Below are positions 9,017-20,388 of a stretch of DNA of 35,695 nucleotides, one piece after another; position 1 is the stretch's first letter; each line of letters starts with the position of its first letter. A program made the translations under genes and the position numbers. The stretch is from positions 1-35,695 of the forward strand of contig JAITQU010000099.1 in NCBI GenBank assembly GCA_031288735.1, in the 5' to 3' direction. Below the pieces are notes generated by a model. The model was given only the letters and a program-made list of their open reading frames with translations, ran no database searches and was not told the DNA's origin. The stretch is from Christensenellaceae bacterium (GTDB lineage Bacteria > Bacillota > Clostridia > Christensenellales > DTU072).

Positions 9017-12000
9017 TTATAACATCGACTCTATGCTACAGTTAATTGCGGCGGTTTCAAAGCCATGAATTGCAATTGGAACACTTGCCTTAAACTCAAC
9101 ACCATTGACAGAAGCTAAGAATCTTGCATTATTTGCAGTGTAGGAATTTGTTGTGTTTCCATCAGCTTTAACCCAAGCTACTAGGTTTTGAGTTGCAGGA
9201 AATATTATAGGTGTAGAACTACCATAAGCAATTCCGTCAACTATAACTGTTATTTTATTTATATCAATTGTAGAACCGTTTGCTTCTAACACTCCAGCTA
9301 CACTAGCTAAGGTTAAACTTATACTTCGGTCGAAGATAATTTGAATTGTGTGTTTATCACCATTGAATAATTCAACATCGCTAATCTTTTGCATTGCATA
9401 TTGCACTAAAGCTGAAGCTTCGTAATCATAGAAAGTAAAGTATAACGAAGTACCATCATAATATAATCTTAGACTTCGTCCTGACAATAGTGTTCTTCCA
9501 CTGAATGCAAACGCATAATCAAAACTACCACTTTGAGTTCCAGAGAATGCAAGTTTTACAGTATCGTAGTTGCCAAAGTAAGCATTACTATAAGCATCCG
9601 ATAGTGTAATTGCTTTGTCAGAGGCTACAGAAATGGGAGTACCTATATTTTGGACATATTGATTATCTATTATGTAATCGTGCTGAGCAGTTGACTCTCC
9701 AAACAAGATGGACCGTAAAGTTATCTTTGTGTCTGATAATGAAATGGCTGCCCTGCGACCCCTACTATCAAATTGTGTATAATTATTCATGATATATCTA
9801 ATTTGACTTTGAGGAATCGTTGAATAATCATCAAAATAGAATTGAGAATCAATATTGCTTACTGAAACAATTATGCCATTATTTCGAATAATTAAGCTCA
9901 TCGAATCGTAAGAATCATCACTACTATTATTATTGAATATCAATTCAGCACTATATACGCTTGTAGTATTCCATGTGATTCCAGTAAGAGTTTTATAATA
10001 AGAACTTGTTGTACCTGTCATATTATACTTAATATGCAGTCTTGCCTCAGTCACATTGCCTGATGCATCATATCTGAGTGCAAGAGCAATACCATAATAT
10101 CCATTTGAAACACTAGCTGTTGAAGCGGCTGTGAAGTCTTCAAAATTATGATTATTGGTAGCAAATATGATATAACTCTCTAAATTATTATTGCGATACG
10201 CATTGGTATTAAATTTTGCACGTTCAATTGAGAAGTCAAGGGAAATTTTTGAGTATCGAGCTGATGGTTGAATCATAAAATTGTTTCTAATTTCAGCTGT
10301 TCCTGATATATAATCCGTGCCCGAAACTCTATTATAGCCATACAAATTAACAGGATTAGATGGTCCTACAACACTAATAGGTATAGCTAACGCACTACTA
10401 CTGATGGTAAATTCGCCAGGACTATTAGTAATAATGACGTTAAGTGCACAATACTCTTCAAGGCCTAAACTTGGATTTTTTATTGTAAGTTCAACAAAAT
10501 GTCTACCCAATGTCATTGTTCTACTAAGAATTTCACTTTGAGTTGTAAGCATTACTCCGTTTACCTTATATTCAAAGGTATAGTTTATCTTCCCTAAAGA
10601 GCGTTGCGTAGCAAACAGGGAGGAAATATTTATTTGTGCACTTTGTAATGCATCGCTAATGTAAATCACTTTTGTTGACGTGCCGGCTCTAGCAACTGTT
10701 CCATATATGTCCTTATACCCTTGCTGATAAATATAGAAATGTCTTACCCAAGCTTTGGCATTATTAACTACAAAGCCAGCATTTGATGATTCTATACTTA
10801 TATGTCCACTTACGGTTGGATTATATTGAGCAACTGATACAGCACTATTGTCATAAACATTTAGATAATTATTATCAATAAGAATATTGAGAATACTAGC
10901 CTCCTTATTGTAATAAATCTTAATATTATGAGTAAATCCGTCAAATATATCTCTAGCACTAGATATATTTGCAATTTGGCTCACCGTGCCACTTAAACTG
11001 TATACTACAAAAATACCACCCTCCTTGAACTCAATTGCAAGGTAGTCACTAGTAAATGAACCATTAACAAGTAAGATATATGAAAAATTAGCCGTATAGT
11101 TAGCAACAAGTCTTACTGTAGTGTCTATGACGTCGTACTCAAATTTTTTATTTAATGAGTTGTCTACTATACTTATATTTGTACTTCCACTTTCAGAGTT
11201 GATTTCACTTCCATAAACGTAATCGCTATTGTTGTCAAAGACAGGATGTGTTGAATAGTTAACCGTATTAATGTCATATCTTCTTATGGCTACAGTAAGC
11301 GAATTAGTATCAGAAAAGCTTGCTGGAAGAATAGCACTAGTTCCTGTAAGAGTAAGAGTGTATTCTGTGGCATTGGTATGCATAAATGTAAGACTCGTTG
11401 CTCCATCGTAGGTTTTCAATGCTTGTCGTAAGCTGTATTGAACCGTCAGCCACTCGTTTTGATTAGGTATCGATGGAATATTACCTGAAACAACACTAAG
11501 GTAATTGTTTGAATCAGTTTGATACAATTGAGATGTCACTGTTGCGCCAGATTGGTATTTTAATATAAATTCGAGGTCTGAAAGTGAAAAATCAGTATCC
11601 GTAGCTAGTAATTTATTAGTTTCGCTCATATCCATTGAAGTAAGGCTGTCGTGCACATGAACTGTAAATGGAGTGTATACAACATTATAATCTGGCTCCT
11701 CGCTAATAAACAAATCCACCTCTCTTACTGAAAGTCTTACTGATTGTTCTCCAACTTGGCTTTTATTATAACCATATACAACGTATGGGACCATATTAGT
11801 GTCTAAATATCTTGTGTTTTCAGTGTAGCCTGATTCTGCCCCTTGCGTCGTTGTAATAGTAGCTACATGGGAACTAATAATTTTTCCTACTGTATCGCCA
11901 CCAACCAAACCAGAATATGTAACTTGGGACATGCTAAAAATCCCACTAACAAGGGAAAGCGAACTTATTGTCACTACTCCAGTATTAGAATTTGTAGCAG

Positions 12001-15000
12001 CTATATATTTAACTCTATATAACCCTAACTCGGTGTTTTTCATGACGTGTATTGTTGTAGATATATTTAACCCAATCGTTAGAGTCGCTTTAGTAACAAC
12101 GAATGGAGTTGAGATAAATCCTAGATTGTAATTTTGCAATGCGGTTTGGGTGTTTGCATTTAGTGATGAATTTTCGGTTGGGAAGGACATATTTGCATAT
12201 CCTAGAGGAGTAACATCACTTACATGCTTATAGAAATCGACTTGCGTTTTTTCTTTGATTTCTGACAAGTGCCCCTGATCGTGTGAGTGCAGACCCACAA
12301 CCTCTAAATCATAGTCCTGTTGGTATATTGGAGTAGATCCATATACCATAGTAAATGAATTATCCACCGTATTTGGTTGAAGTTTAATATTAAGTGTTGA
12401 TTTTGTTATTGTCAAATAAAATGTATTTGATGCAAATGAATCATCAAAAACATAATTTTGCCAATTTGTTTGAGGCGGGTTGAAGCTAACAGGAAGATTG
12501 GATTGAACAGGCATTGAAAGAGTGTTAAGGTAAGCTCCATTTGTTTTTGCAACTAAATTAAATGGCACATTGTTGACAGCAAGATCATCAATTGTGTCTG
12601 TGTATTTAAATCCTGTGATAATAGGTGTCCAGGCAAATCCATAGACTCTCGATATTATATTATTGTTTGCAACTAGAGCTAAAGTAGCCTTATTGATTGT
12701 GATAATATCTTTTGACCAAAGCTCCGTTTTGTTTAATGGGCTGATTATGTTTACCTTGTAGTTTGAGCTCATTGAGAAAGTTGACCCATAATCGATTAAA
12801 AGGTAGTTTCCAGCATTAGGCTTTGCCGTAGTCCCAAATATGCTTTGAAGTGTCCATGTATTGTTAATATATAAATAACCATCAACATTATAGGAGTTTA
12901 CTCTAGGCACTAATGTGCTATCGCTATTAAGAAGTCCCGATGCTAAACCAGAGTTATCGCTAGAATAATATATGAGATCTAAATATGAGCTGTTTTTTAG
13001 CACTGTTTCACCATAATAATTTATTTTTGATGAACGTCCTTCCCAGTGGTAATAGATATTTCTAGGAGTTATAACAAAGTTCGCAGAGTTGAGGGGGGCT
13101 AATAGATAATTGTTGCTTGTTGTACCATACCCATCATCTGCTGTGATTGCATAGGTGTTTGCAGGATAAGGCCATGAATCTGATGTGCTAATTTTGAATT
13201 TAGCCGTAATACCATAATCGGAAATATTGCTAGTTATATCTTGACTTCCTTGAGCTCCTAAATATACGGTGTAGCTTATGGAATTATTGAGTGCTAAAGC
13301 TGTGCTTTCGCCATAGATTGAAGTGCCATTATTTAATATTATTGTTATTGTTGCAGGACTTATACGCACCTTGGGTGGCGCAGCTATATTGAAGTTTAAT
13401 ATAAACTCACGATTGAAATCATTTGGTGACATAGTAATGCCATAACCTAAAGCATTTGCATTAGTTGCATCCCCATCTATTATAAATACAATGTAACTAT
13501 CTAGATTTATGACAGCATTATATAGATTGTTTGCAATGGTTGAAATAGCATTCATGCTTTGTGTTAAGTTTAGCATGTCGGATGCATAACTAGCTGATGT
13601 GATAGCATCTAATAGCGAATTAAAATAGGATAAAATTATATCTTTGTAAGCACTTTCTTCTCTTGCCATGAATGGGGCAACCGTGCCACTAAAATACGTC
13701 TTGAATGCATCAACTCTAGACTTAAGTGAATTCAATCTAGCATTTAGTATTGTAGGATCGCTTGTTGGATCAATGTTGTCTATGTCACTCCTAATACCTG
13801 TTGCCTGTGTTACAGAATTTGAAAATGCTGTCTTTAGGGAAGTATCTGATGTGTTATTGTACAAGGTTCGAATTCTAGGGGCTGTAGCACCATCTATCAC
13901 AGACCTGAACACTACTTCATTACTGCTGAAAGAAAACTGAGAGCCATCGTAGGTTAGCACTAATCTGTTAGATGCAATCTCAACTTGGATATTTACCTTC
14001 AATATAGAGTAAATATAGTCACCATCAAGAGTAACGGTATGGTTAGTGTCGTAACATGCTAGCCCGATACTATAGTCACCCACTTCAGAGGTTGCTCTAT
14101 AAATGTCTGTAGTTCTTGTAAATGAAAAGACTAGAGAATTAAAGCTTAAGCTTGTAGATGTATCGGATATCTGACAGATTGCACTCGAAATTGATGGTTG
14201 CTTATTATCAAAATTTTTCTTTAAGTTCTCATCAAACAAACTTACCGAAATTTGGCGCCTATTAACTAACAGCTTATATGGGTTATCCCCCTCAGCAAAA
14301 AACTTAACAGAAAAATTGTTAGCATCTGATACCTGCGTAAATGGCAGGATTTCAATATCATAGGGAACTATATTTCCGTTTTCATCATACAGGACTGCCG
14401 TTGGTGTTAACTGAAACTCGGGGGCAAATGGGTTTGTTACTTTTAATTGAACATTAATCTCGTTTTTGACAGTTGATCCATCTAATATATCAAATTCACT
14501 GTTAGAATATAGAGCAAGCGGGGCAGAATCATAGGTGCGCTCTTGAATATATTTGCCAAGAGTTGAATTATATACTGCATTCCTAAGTTTAACCTTCAAT
14601 TCTCTAGGTTTAACGACAAAGTTTTCTCTAACAGTAAGATTAGTTGGAATAATATAATTAGGATTGCTAATACCAGCTACTGTGATATAGTAACTACCAG
14701 CGTTAGACACATTTAGAGTTGAGCCCTGTGCATAAATGATATTTATCACATCTCTGATAGGCCGACTTAAATCGTCTTTCATTTGATTGTTGTTTTGGTC
14801 ATACAATATTTCTATTGATTCAGTTTTGACGCTTAGAGCCATAATGAAACTAGAATTATAGTTGTAAACTAGATCGGTGCTGACAGGAGCACCATCAGCT
14901 GTTAATATGAAGTCACTTTCATTTAGACTCTTTGAATTAATTCTATAGTAATTTCTGCCTTGATATGCAAAATTAACATTATAGTTCGGATCACTTGCTA

Positions 15001-18000
15001 TCAAAGTTAACGCATATCGACCAGCCGCTGAGCTTGTAGCTTCAAAGGTGAATGCAATATTATCCTTGTCATATGCTTGATTTAGCTCACTATTCTGATC
15101 TAAAAGATCATATTCATTATAAGAAATTGATGGGAATTTACCATTATAGGTTCTTTCGATTGAATCTCCTGTAAAATAACCACCATTATTGGGATCTATA
15201 AAATGTAAAGTCAAATTTTTGGGGTTAATTGTGAGGAAAGCATTTCCTGCGAGCATTAACTTGTAGTTAGTATTTTGCGCTATCATGCTTGATATTCCTA
15301 TAAGATAAACACCAACGCCATCCCCCGCTATTCTTTCAGGACTGCCTAGTAGCGGTGCTTCGTTTACCATATCTTGTATATTATATTGAAGCTCAAAATT
15401 AGGATCAGGATCTCCATATGTTTTTTCTAAGGAAACTATCGAAACATTGATCTCTCTTTGCTCAATATCAAGATCACCTTTAAGCGATATAACATTATAG
15501 TTATTATAAACTAAGCTCTGCAAATCTTGTGATATTACTGCTAAAATATCATAAGTCCCACATATTTCAGTTAGAGGGTCAATTAAATTAGTGGTTCCCT
15601 TAGAATAATATCTAATTTCAACGACACCTAAGCCAATTGATTCATCATTATACGCAAACGCATCAGTATTAACAGCTGCTGAATCAGAATAAAATCCATA
15701 AATAATTGTTTGATTTCCGTAGCCATAAGTAGAAGATGCGTTAAACGCCTTAAGATATATGTCTTTCTTTATTATTTCTAGTAGGACATGATTATCTGAG
15801 GCGATTTCGGGATTGTAGGGAAGGAGCAATTGATAGTTTGCATTGCTAAGTGTGCCTAAGGTAATAATATGAAATCCAACATTGCGCGCGGATGCTAGCA
15901 TTGAATTTCTGATAGCCAATGCTCCTGCTAGCTGGTCAGCTCCAACAATGCCAGACATAGCGTCACCATCAATTTTACTAGTGGTGTATGCAATTGAATA
16001 TTCACCTGGTAGTAAACCGTACTCAACACTCATAGCAATCGGAGTTATCATTACTTGTCGTTTAGATACTGTGTATTTTGCTGCAGTCTCACCAACGTTT
16101 ACATAAGAAATTGAATAATCTTGGCTTACTATTCCTGATAGGAAAATTGAATACGTGCTAACAGGAGTGTCGCTCCTTACAGTTATGGACTCGCCTAGCT
16201 CATTATAAATACTAATACTAACATACTCGATTAAATTTAAACCATAATAGGAAGGTGTTCCATCAGTGTTTTGCAGTGCAAAATTTTCAGAGCTAAATGT
16301 ATCATCGTAAGCAAATGGTGTCTTTCTTACATCCAATAATCCGTTTGTATCTCCATAGAATTGTATCGTATAATCTTCTGTGTGATTTTCTCCATACACT
16401 TTGTTAATACTAGAAGCCAATACAAAAGCTTTCTTTGGAACTATTGTGACTATTGGGGAATTTGTTGAATTGGATACAAATGCATTATTATTTGCGTTTC
16501 CACTATACTTTAAAATAACATAGTAGGATCCAACACTACGCATATAGCTGTAGTCACCTGGATTGTTTGCGCTAATGTAGTTTGGATATTCCTCAACCCT
16601 TACATAGTCAATAATTAAATTGCCTTTGTTAGCATCAATTGCAGTGTCGAAATATTCAGTAGCATCTGTTGAATAATATCTATAATATTTAATCCTAGCT
16701 GTTGGCATTGCGTTAAGATCAAACAATCCGTTTTCATCCGAAAAATCACCATATGTGTAATTGGTAGTCGCACCACTAGATGCTCCTACATATTCGACAA
16801 CGACATTACGTCTATCATTCATAATAATGTCGTATTCGGCTCTAAATTCTATGTTGTTCCATACATAATATATATAAATTGTCTGTGCATTTGATTTGCC
16901 GCTAAACTCATTGTTGTTAAATTTAACTTTGTTGATATAGAAACCCGTAGATTGTGATTCTGCCTCCGTTAAATTCTTTTCCTCATAGTTGCCGTTATCA
17001 TATGTAAGAATAAGTGTTCCGCTAGTACCATCAACGTCCATTACGGTGAATGGCTCGCCCTCTAAGTATTGTGTTTTTGGCATAATTCCGATTGTAACGG
17101 CCATAAGTGTCTTTTCTATAGTGGTTATAGATATATCACAATATCTTGTTATGCCATTATAAGTGTATGCTACTTGATAGACACGTGTGCCCATTATGCT
17201 GTTTGATTTGTCATAGCCTTGTGGATTTGTCGCTGAAACGTATATGTTTTCATCGAGCACAGGAGCATCAGCATAAGTTGAGTCCGTGAATAATAGATGT
17301 AATTGCAATTCTGAAAGATCAATTGAAGCGTTCTCAATAACGGTTATGCTCGAGGGCGAAACTGAAATTGTATAAAGCTCTCTCGTTATCATGCGAACCA
17401 AAACTTGGAGGGTGCAACCGTTTGCATATTTAATTTCAATAATTTGGTCCACTCTTGAACCACTGTTGTAATTAATAACGGTTAGCTGCGAAATGAGTGT
17501 GTTTAGCGACATAGTTGTCTCAGTTCCATCATTGTAGCTTACACTTATTTCTGATGAGGATAATAAAACCCCAGGACTTCCAAAAATTTCGATTTTATCT
17601 AATTTGAACTCACTACCTTCTGTTATTTCAACTGTAGGTCTACTCGATGTCCAAACCATTGATATTGGGGCTTTTTCAACAATATATATTTTAAACGTTG
17701 CTGTATATGAATCAGGCAAAATGATTGACGGTCTGTAAGTGACTGTAACTAGTCTTGCATCCTTTTCATCTGGCACCTCATAGTTAGGATATGTTGTTGT
17801 GGATGTATTAGATAATGTGTATGCCGTGGCAGGCAATATGCTAGATGTGTTGTTTTTAAAATGAACGCTTACAATGAGTCCTGTTCTGTCAAACGTGTTT
17901 CCAAGTGCATAAACTGTTTTTGTCGGTAGCGCAGTTATTTCAATTCTAGCTATTGTATTTTCTACAACTGTTACTGTCGTAACTGCTTGCATATTGCCAT

Positions 18001-20257
18001 AGGTTATTTTTACTTCAACTGTCTCTCCAACAGTGGTATAAGCGTAGTCAAACTCTATCATGCTTTCTGTGAGTTGAATAATTCTCTCTGACCTGTTTTG
18101 ATATGTTGCAATTATATACTTATCAGTTAAATCGATCTTTGCGCCTACATAAACAGTCCCCATGTTAGCACCATCCTTGTATCGGATAGAAACTAAATCG
18201 TTAGTAACACTCACTCGAAAACTTAAACGATTTGAAACATTGCTTATGTTATAAACGTATATTATCTTTTCGGCATTGCTTGATGTAAATTTGCCATAAC
18301 TTTCTTCATTCGTCCAGTCGGCGCATTCGAAAATCCACTCGCCACCTGAAAAGTCAGAAATGTTATCTACTCCTCCATCATTATAGACAACAGAAAGAAT
18401 CAGCCCTTGCGTACTGAATTCATAATTGCTTTCGCTATATTGTGGATCATTGGCATTGTATACAAAATAGTTAATTCTAAACGGTACCTGAGCAATTGAA
18501 AATGCATCAACGTATCTTACTACTTTTATAGCAATTTCAACGTCAGTTTTTACCATTCCATCATATGTCAGTGTAAAAGTAGCTCTTTGTGCTGTCAGAT
18601 CACTCGTGCTAAAAGAATTTGGGTCTAAGGTGTGACCAGAAAGGTCAGCAAATAAGCCGCTACCATTATTAAATTCTATATATGCAAATATTTCATTTAG
18701 GCTGACCCATGAACTACCATACTCAATAGTTAAAAACTCAAGTGGTCTGTATATTACATTATTTGTATAGAATCCTGTTACGTTCTCAATCGAGAGTGCA
18801 ACGATATCAAATGTGTAGGTTGTCTCCTTAAAATATTGTTCATCCTGGTAAACAATTTGCCACACTGTTGCTCCCGAAACCTCATAAAGTAGAGGAGCAT
18901 CGGAGGTAGCATCCTTTTTCATTGTATAGGGAAGGAGTGCTGGAAGCGTTTGCGTCCCGTTGTTGAACTTTAAAACATAAGTCCACGAACTAAATGGTGA
19001 AAATTCAGTTTTTGAATATATCACCTGCTCATTTTCAGGATTTCCTTCATCATCAAATTCTGACGTCCTATAGATATCAATGCTTGATATAATTTTGTCT
19101 GCAACAGTTATAGTAAGTGTTACAGTCTTATTTAACAATTTCGTGCCAGAATAAAATTTAATTGTGACCTGCTGCTCGCCTACTAAATATTTATTGTATC
19201 CGTAAACATGCATAAGATATCCAGCGGCTGGCGGATTATATGTCTCACCATCACAGTAGACATTTGTAGCAGTGGCAGTTATGTATTTAATCTCTTTAAT
19301 ATCAGTAGGGGAATCAGTGTATACAACTGCAAAAACTAACCCTCTTAAATTCAATGGTGTCTCTACTAGCTGGTTGCTAGTAGGTGCTGTAACAACATTG
19401 CAGTCTACAATGTTTTCCTCAACTATTATAACGTTAAAGTGCGCTACAATACTTCCCCCATCCTTATTTGTTCCATAAATTAACGTTACATCAGACTCTT
19501 GTGTAATAGTTGACGAATCCCATATTGCCTCTAGTCCTGCTAGTGATGTCATTTCTACATCTACTGCATAATTATTGTCATATTGTAGTAGCATTCTGCC
19601 ACCAACTAGATTTAATGTAACTGAATCCTTAAAATATGTTGTTTTATCTGGAAACCTAGAAATGATCATGCTTAAAAGTGATTTCGGTACAACTTGTATG
19701 TCTATTTGCTTTGTATATGCTACGCCACTATATACATATGTAATTGTCAGTGTCTGTTGTCCTATTCTTGTACGTACATAACCACTAACCATATCGATAG
19801 TTACTGGTACTTCAACTGAATAATTCAATTCACACTCAAGATTTAGAGATAAGCCTCTAGGATTAAAATTTTGCTCTTCAACATACTGCCATTTAAAACT
19901 ATCATTTCTAATAATCGTCATTTCTATGAGCGGTGGTGCTTCTACTGTTACTATGACGTTTGTTGTTTTCCCTTCGAAATTTACTTGTAATACTTGCTCT
20001 CCTACTAAAAACTTGTTAAATGCACTTATCATTCCTTCTGTAATTGCTACTAACTCTTCTTGCCCGCCTTCGTATATAACTTTAATATGAGCGTTTGCTA
20101 AATCTAGCTCCTGTCCCCAAAGATAGTAAGTTACTGGACTTGAATATATCTCGATTCTGCTAATGGCTGTTTCCTCTGTATCTTTATTGCATCCAACAAA
20201 CACGAATATTGTTAGGATGAGAATTAAGCATGCCAGAAAGGTTAGTTTTTTGTTCAT
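9017..20257 (-). CDS. Giant (3746 aa) surface lipoprotein: Ig-like repeats, YG-type MBG-like repeats, C-terminal LamG/jelly-roll-like modules
   Basis: A single uninterrupted 11,241-nt ORF, with GGAGA (20268-20264) 6 nt upstream of the ATG. N-terminus MNKKLTFLACLILILTIFVFVGC|NKD has lipobox FVGC. Residues ~30-1150 are repeated 80-100 aa Ig-like modules, e.g. ISRIEIYSSPVTYYLWGQELDLANAHIKVIYEGGQEELVAITEGMISAFN. Residues ~1270-2700 are MBG-like repeats (KVYGENHTEDY, SVEYGLLPGEY, EKTYGDPDPNFELQY, SRVYGFAWTP, TMVYGSTPIY). A helical low-complexity insert sits around aa 2130-2250 (nt ~13500-13870). The last ~750 aa (nt ~9017-11250) hold three jelly-roll-like modules (GFTHNIKIYYNKEASILNILIDN; LFNGDKHTIQIIFDRS). 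Domain boundaries are approximate. Confidence 0.9.
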   Translation of the reverse strand: MNKKLTFLACLILILTIFVFVGCNKDTEETAISRIEIYSSPVTYYLWGQELDLANAHIKVIYEGGQEELVAITEGMISAFNKFLVGEQVLQVNFEGKTTNVIVTVEAPPLIEMTIIRNDSFKWQYVEEQNFNPRGLSLNLECELNYSVEVPVTIDMVSGYVRTRIGQQTLTITYVYSGVAYTKQIDIQVVPKSLLSMIISRFPDKTTYFKDSVTLNLVGGRMLLQYDNNYAVDVEMTSLAGLEAIWDSSTITQESDVTLIYGTNKDGGSIVAHFNVIIVEENIVDCNVVTAPTSNQLVETPLNLRGLVFAVVYTDSPTDIKEIKYITATATNVYCDGETYNPPAAGYLMHVYGYNKYLVGEQQVTIKFYSGTKLLNKTVTLTITVADKIISSIDIYRTSEFDDEGNPENEQVIYSKTEFSPFSSWTYVLKFNNGTQTLPALLPYTMKKDATSDAPLLYEVSGATVWQIVYQDEQYFKETTYTFDIVALSIENVTGFYTNNVIYRPLEFLTIEYGSSWVSLNEIFAYIEFNNGSGLFADLSGHTLDPNSFSTSDLTAQRATFTLTYDGMVKTDVEIAIKVVRYVDAFSIAQVPFRINYFVYNANDPQYSESNYEFSTQGLILSVVYNDGGVDNISDFSGGEWIFECADWTNEESYGKFTSSNAEKIIYVYNISNVSNRLSFRVSVTNDLVSIRYKDGANMGTVYVGAKIDLTDKYIIATYQNRSERIIQLTESMIEFDYAYTTVGETVEVKITYGNMQAVTTVTVVENTIARIEITALPTKTVYALGNTFDRTGLIVSVHFKNNTSSILPATAYTLSNTSTTTYPNYEVPDEKDARLVTVTYRPSIILPDSYTATFKIYIVEKAPISMVWTSSRPTVEITEGSEFKLDKIEIFGSPGVLLSSSEISVSYNDGTETTMSLNTLISQLTVINYNSGSRVDQIIEIKYANGCTLQVLVRMITRELYTISVSPSSITVIENASIDLSELQLHLLFTDSTYADAPVLDENIYVSATNPQGYDKSNSIMGTRVYQVAYTYNGITRYCDISITTIEKTLMAVTIGIMPKTQYLEGEPFTVMDVDGTSGTLILTYDNGNYEEKNLTEAESQSTGFYINKVKFNNNEFSGKSNAQTIYIYYVWNNIEFRAEYDIIMNDRRNVVVEYVGASSGATTNYTYGDFSDENGLFDLNAMPTARIKYYRYYSTDATEYFDTAIDANKGNLIIDYVRVEEYPNYISANNPGDYSYMRSVGSYYVILKYSGNANNNAFVSNSTNSPIVTIVPKKAFVLASSINKVYGENHTEDYTIQFYGDTNGLLDVRKTPFAYDDTFSSENFALQNTDGTPSYYGLNLIEYVSISIYNELGESITVRSDTPVSTYSIFLSGIVSQDYSISYVNVGETAAKYTVSKRQVMITPIAMSVEYGLLPGEYSIAYTTSKIDGDAMSGIVGADQLAGALAIRNSMLASARNVGFHIITLGTLSNANYQLLLPYNPEIASDNHVLLEIIKKDIYLKAFNASSTYGYGNQTIIYGFYSDSAAVNTDAFAYNDESIGLGVVEIRYYSKGTTNLIDPLTEICGTYDILAVISQDLQSLVYNNYNVISLKGDLDIEQREINVSIVSLEKTYGDPDPNFELQYNIQDMVNEAPLLGSPERIAGDGVGVYLIGISSMIAQNTNYKLMLAGNAFLTINPKNLTLHFIDPNNGGYFTGDSIERTYNGKFPSISYNEYDLLDQNSELNQAYDKDNIAFTFEATSSAAGRYALTLIASDPNYNVNFAYQGRNYYRINSKSLNESDFILTADGAPVSTDLVYNYNSSFIMALSVKTESIEILYDQNNNQMKDDLSRPIRDVINIIYAQGSTLNVSNAGSYYITVAGISNPNYIIPTNLTVRENFVVKPRELKVKLRNAVYNSTLGKYIQERTYDSAPLALYSNSEFDILDGSTVKNEINVQLKVTNPFAPEFQLTPTAVLYDENGNIVPYDIEILPFTQVSDANNFSVKFFAEGDNPYKLLVNRRQISVSLFDENLKKNFDNKQPSISSAICQISDTSTSLSFNSLVFSFTRTTDIYRATSEVGDYSIGLACYDTNHTVTLDGDYIYSILKVNIQVEIASNRLVLTYDGSQFSFSSNEVVFRSVIDGATAPRIRTLYNNTSDTSLKTAFSNSVTQATGIRSDIDNIDPTSDPTILNARLNSLKSRVDAFKTYFSGTVAPFMAREESAYKDIILSYFNSLLDAITSASYASDMLNLTQSMNAISTIANNLYNAVINLDSYIVFIIDGDATNANALGYGITMSPNDFNREFILNFNIAAPPKVRISPATITIILNNGTSIYGESTALALNNSISYTVYLGAQGSQDITSNISDYGITAKFKISTSDSWPYPANTYAITADDGYGTTSNNYLLAPLNSANFVITPRNIYYHWEGRSSKINYYGETVLKNSSYLDLIYYSSDNSGLASGLLNSDSTLVPRVNSYNVDGYLYINNTWTLQSIFGTTAKPNAGNYLLIDYGSTFSMSSNYKVNIISPLNKTELWSKDIITINKATLALVANNNIISRVYGFAWTPIITGFKYTDTIDDLAVNNVPFNLVAKTNGAYLNTLSMPVQSNLPVSFNPPQTNWQNYVFDDSFASNTFYLTITKSTLNIKLQPNTVDNSFTMVYGSTPIYQQDYDLEVVGLHSHDQGHLSEIKEKTQVDFYKHVSDVTPLGYANMSFPTENSSLNANTQTALQNYNLGFISTPFVVTKATLTIGLNISTTIHVMKNTELGLYRVKYIAATNSNTGVVTISSLSLVSGIFSMSQVTYSGLVGGDTVGKIISSHVATITTTQGAESGYTENTRYLDTNMVPYVVYGYNKSQVGEQSVRLSVREVDLFISEEPDYNVVYTPFTVHVHDSLTSMDMSETNKLLATDTDFSLSDLEFILKYQSGATVTSQLYQTDSNNYLSVVSGNIPSIPNQNEWLTVQYSLRQALKTYDGATSLTFMHTNATEYTLTLTGTSAILPASFSDTNSLTVAIRRYDINTVNYSTHPVFDNNSDYVYGSEINSESGSTNISIVDNSLNKKFEYDVIDTTVRLVANYTANFSYILLVNGSFTSDYLAIEFKEGGIFVVYSLSGTVSQIANISSARDIFDGFTHNIKIYYNKEASILNILIDNNYLNVYDNSAVSVAQYNPTVSGHISIESSNAGFVVNNAKAWVRHFYIYQQGYKDIYGTVARAGTSTKVIYISDALQSAQINISSLFATQRSLGKINYTFEYKVNGVMLTTQSEILSRTMTLGRHFVELTIKNPSLGLEEYCALNVIITNSPGEFTISSSALAIPISVVGPSNPVNLYGYNRVSGTDYISGTAEIRNNFMIQPSARYSKISLDFSIERAKFNTNAYRNNNLESYIIFATNNHNFEDFTAASTASVSNGYYGIALALRYDASGNVTEARLHIKYNMTGTTSSYYKTLTGITWNTTSVYSAELIFNNNSSDDSYDSMSLIIRNNGIIVSVSNIDSQFYFDDYSTIPQSQIRYIMNNYTQFDSRGRRAAISLSDTKITLRSILFGESTAQHDYIIDNQYVQNIGTPISVASDKAITLSDAYSNAYFGNYDTVKLAFSGTQSGSFDYAFAFSGRTLLSGRSLRLYYDGTSLYFTFYDYEASALVQYAMQKISDVELFNGDKHTIQIIFDRSISLTLASVAGVLEANGSTIDINKITVIVDGIAYGSSTPIIFPATQNLVAWVKADGNTTNSYTANNARFLASVNGVEFKASVPIAIHGFETAAINCSIESML

Positions 20258-20388
20258 ATTGCGTCTCCAAATATGTTCAGTTAAACAGCGATGTGTATCT
20301 TAGGTCAAAATTTTAATCGGAACTTTTTCGCTAGTATAGGAATCCCTAATATATGCGCACGTGTAAACAGACCAAAATATACGCAATT

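Noticed and set aside
9017-9600. I considered a diversity-generating retroelement targeting the C-terminus of the giant protein, with a template repeat in a nearby non-coding region.
   Set aside because: No reverse transcriptase gene is in the window, and I could not see any ~100-nt repeat of the 3' coding region in the flanking non-coding DNA by eye. A dot-plot would be needed to exclude it formally.
9610-19781. Plus-strand ORFs of 60-90 aa lie inside the giant gene: 9610, 11931, 13668, 15882, 19272 and 19575.
   Set aside because: They are antisense shadow ORFs inside a continuous 11-kb coding frame, with no RBS or recognisable motifs. The same applies to 807-1031 and 2094-2285 inside the LRR gene. 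It also applies to 33016, 34264, 34990 and 35294 around the 1281-aa gene.
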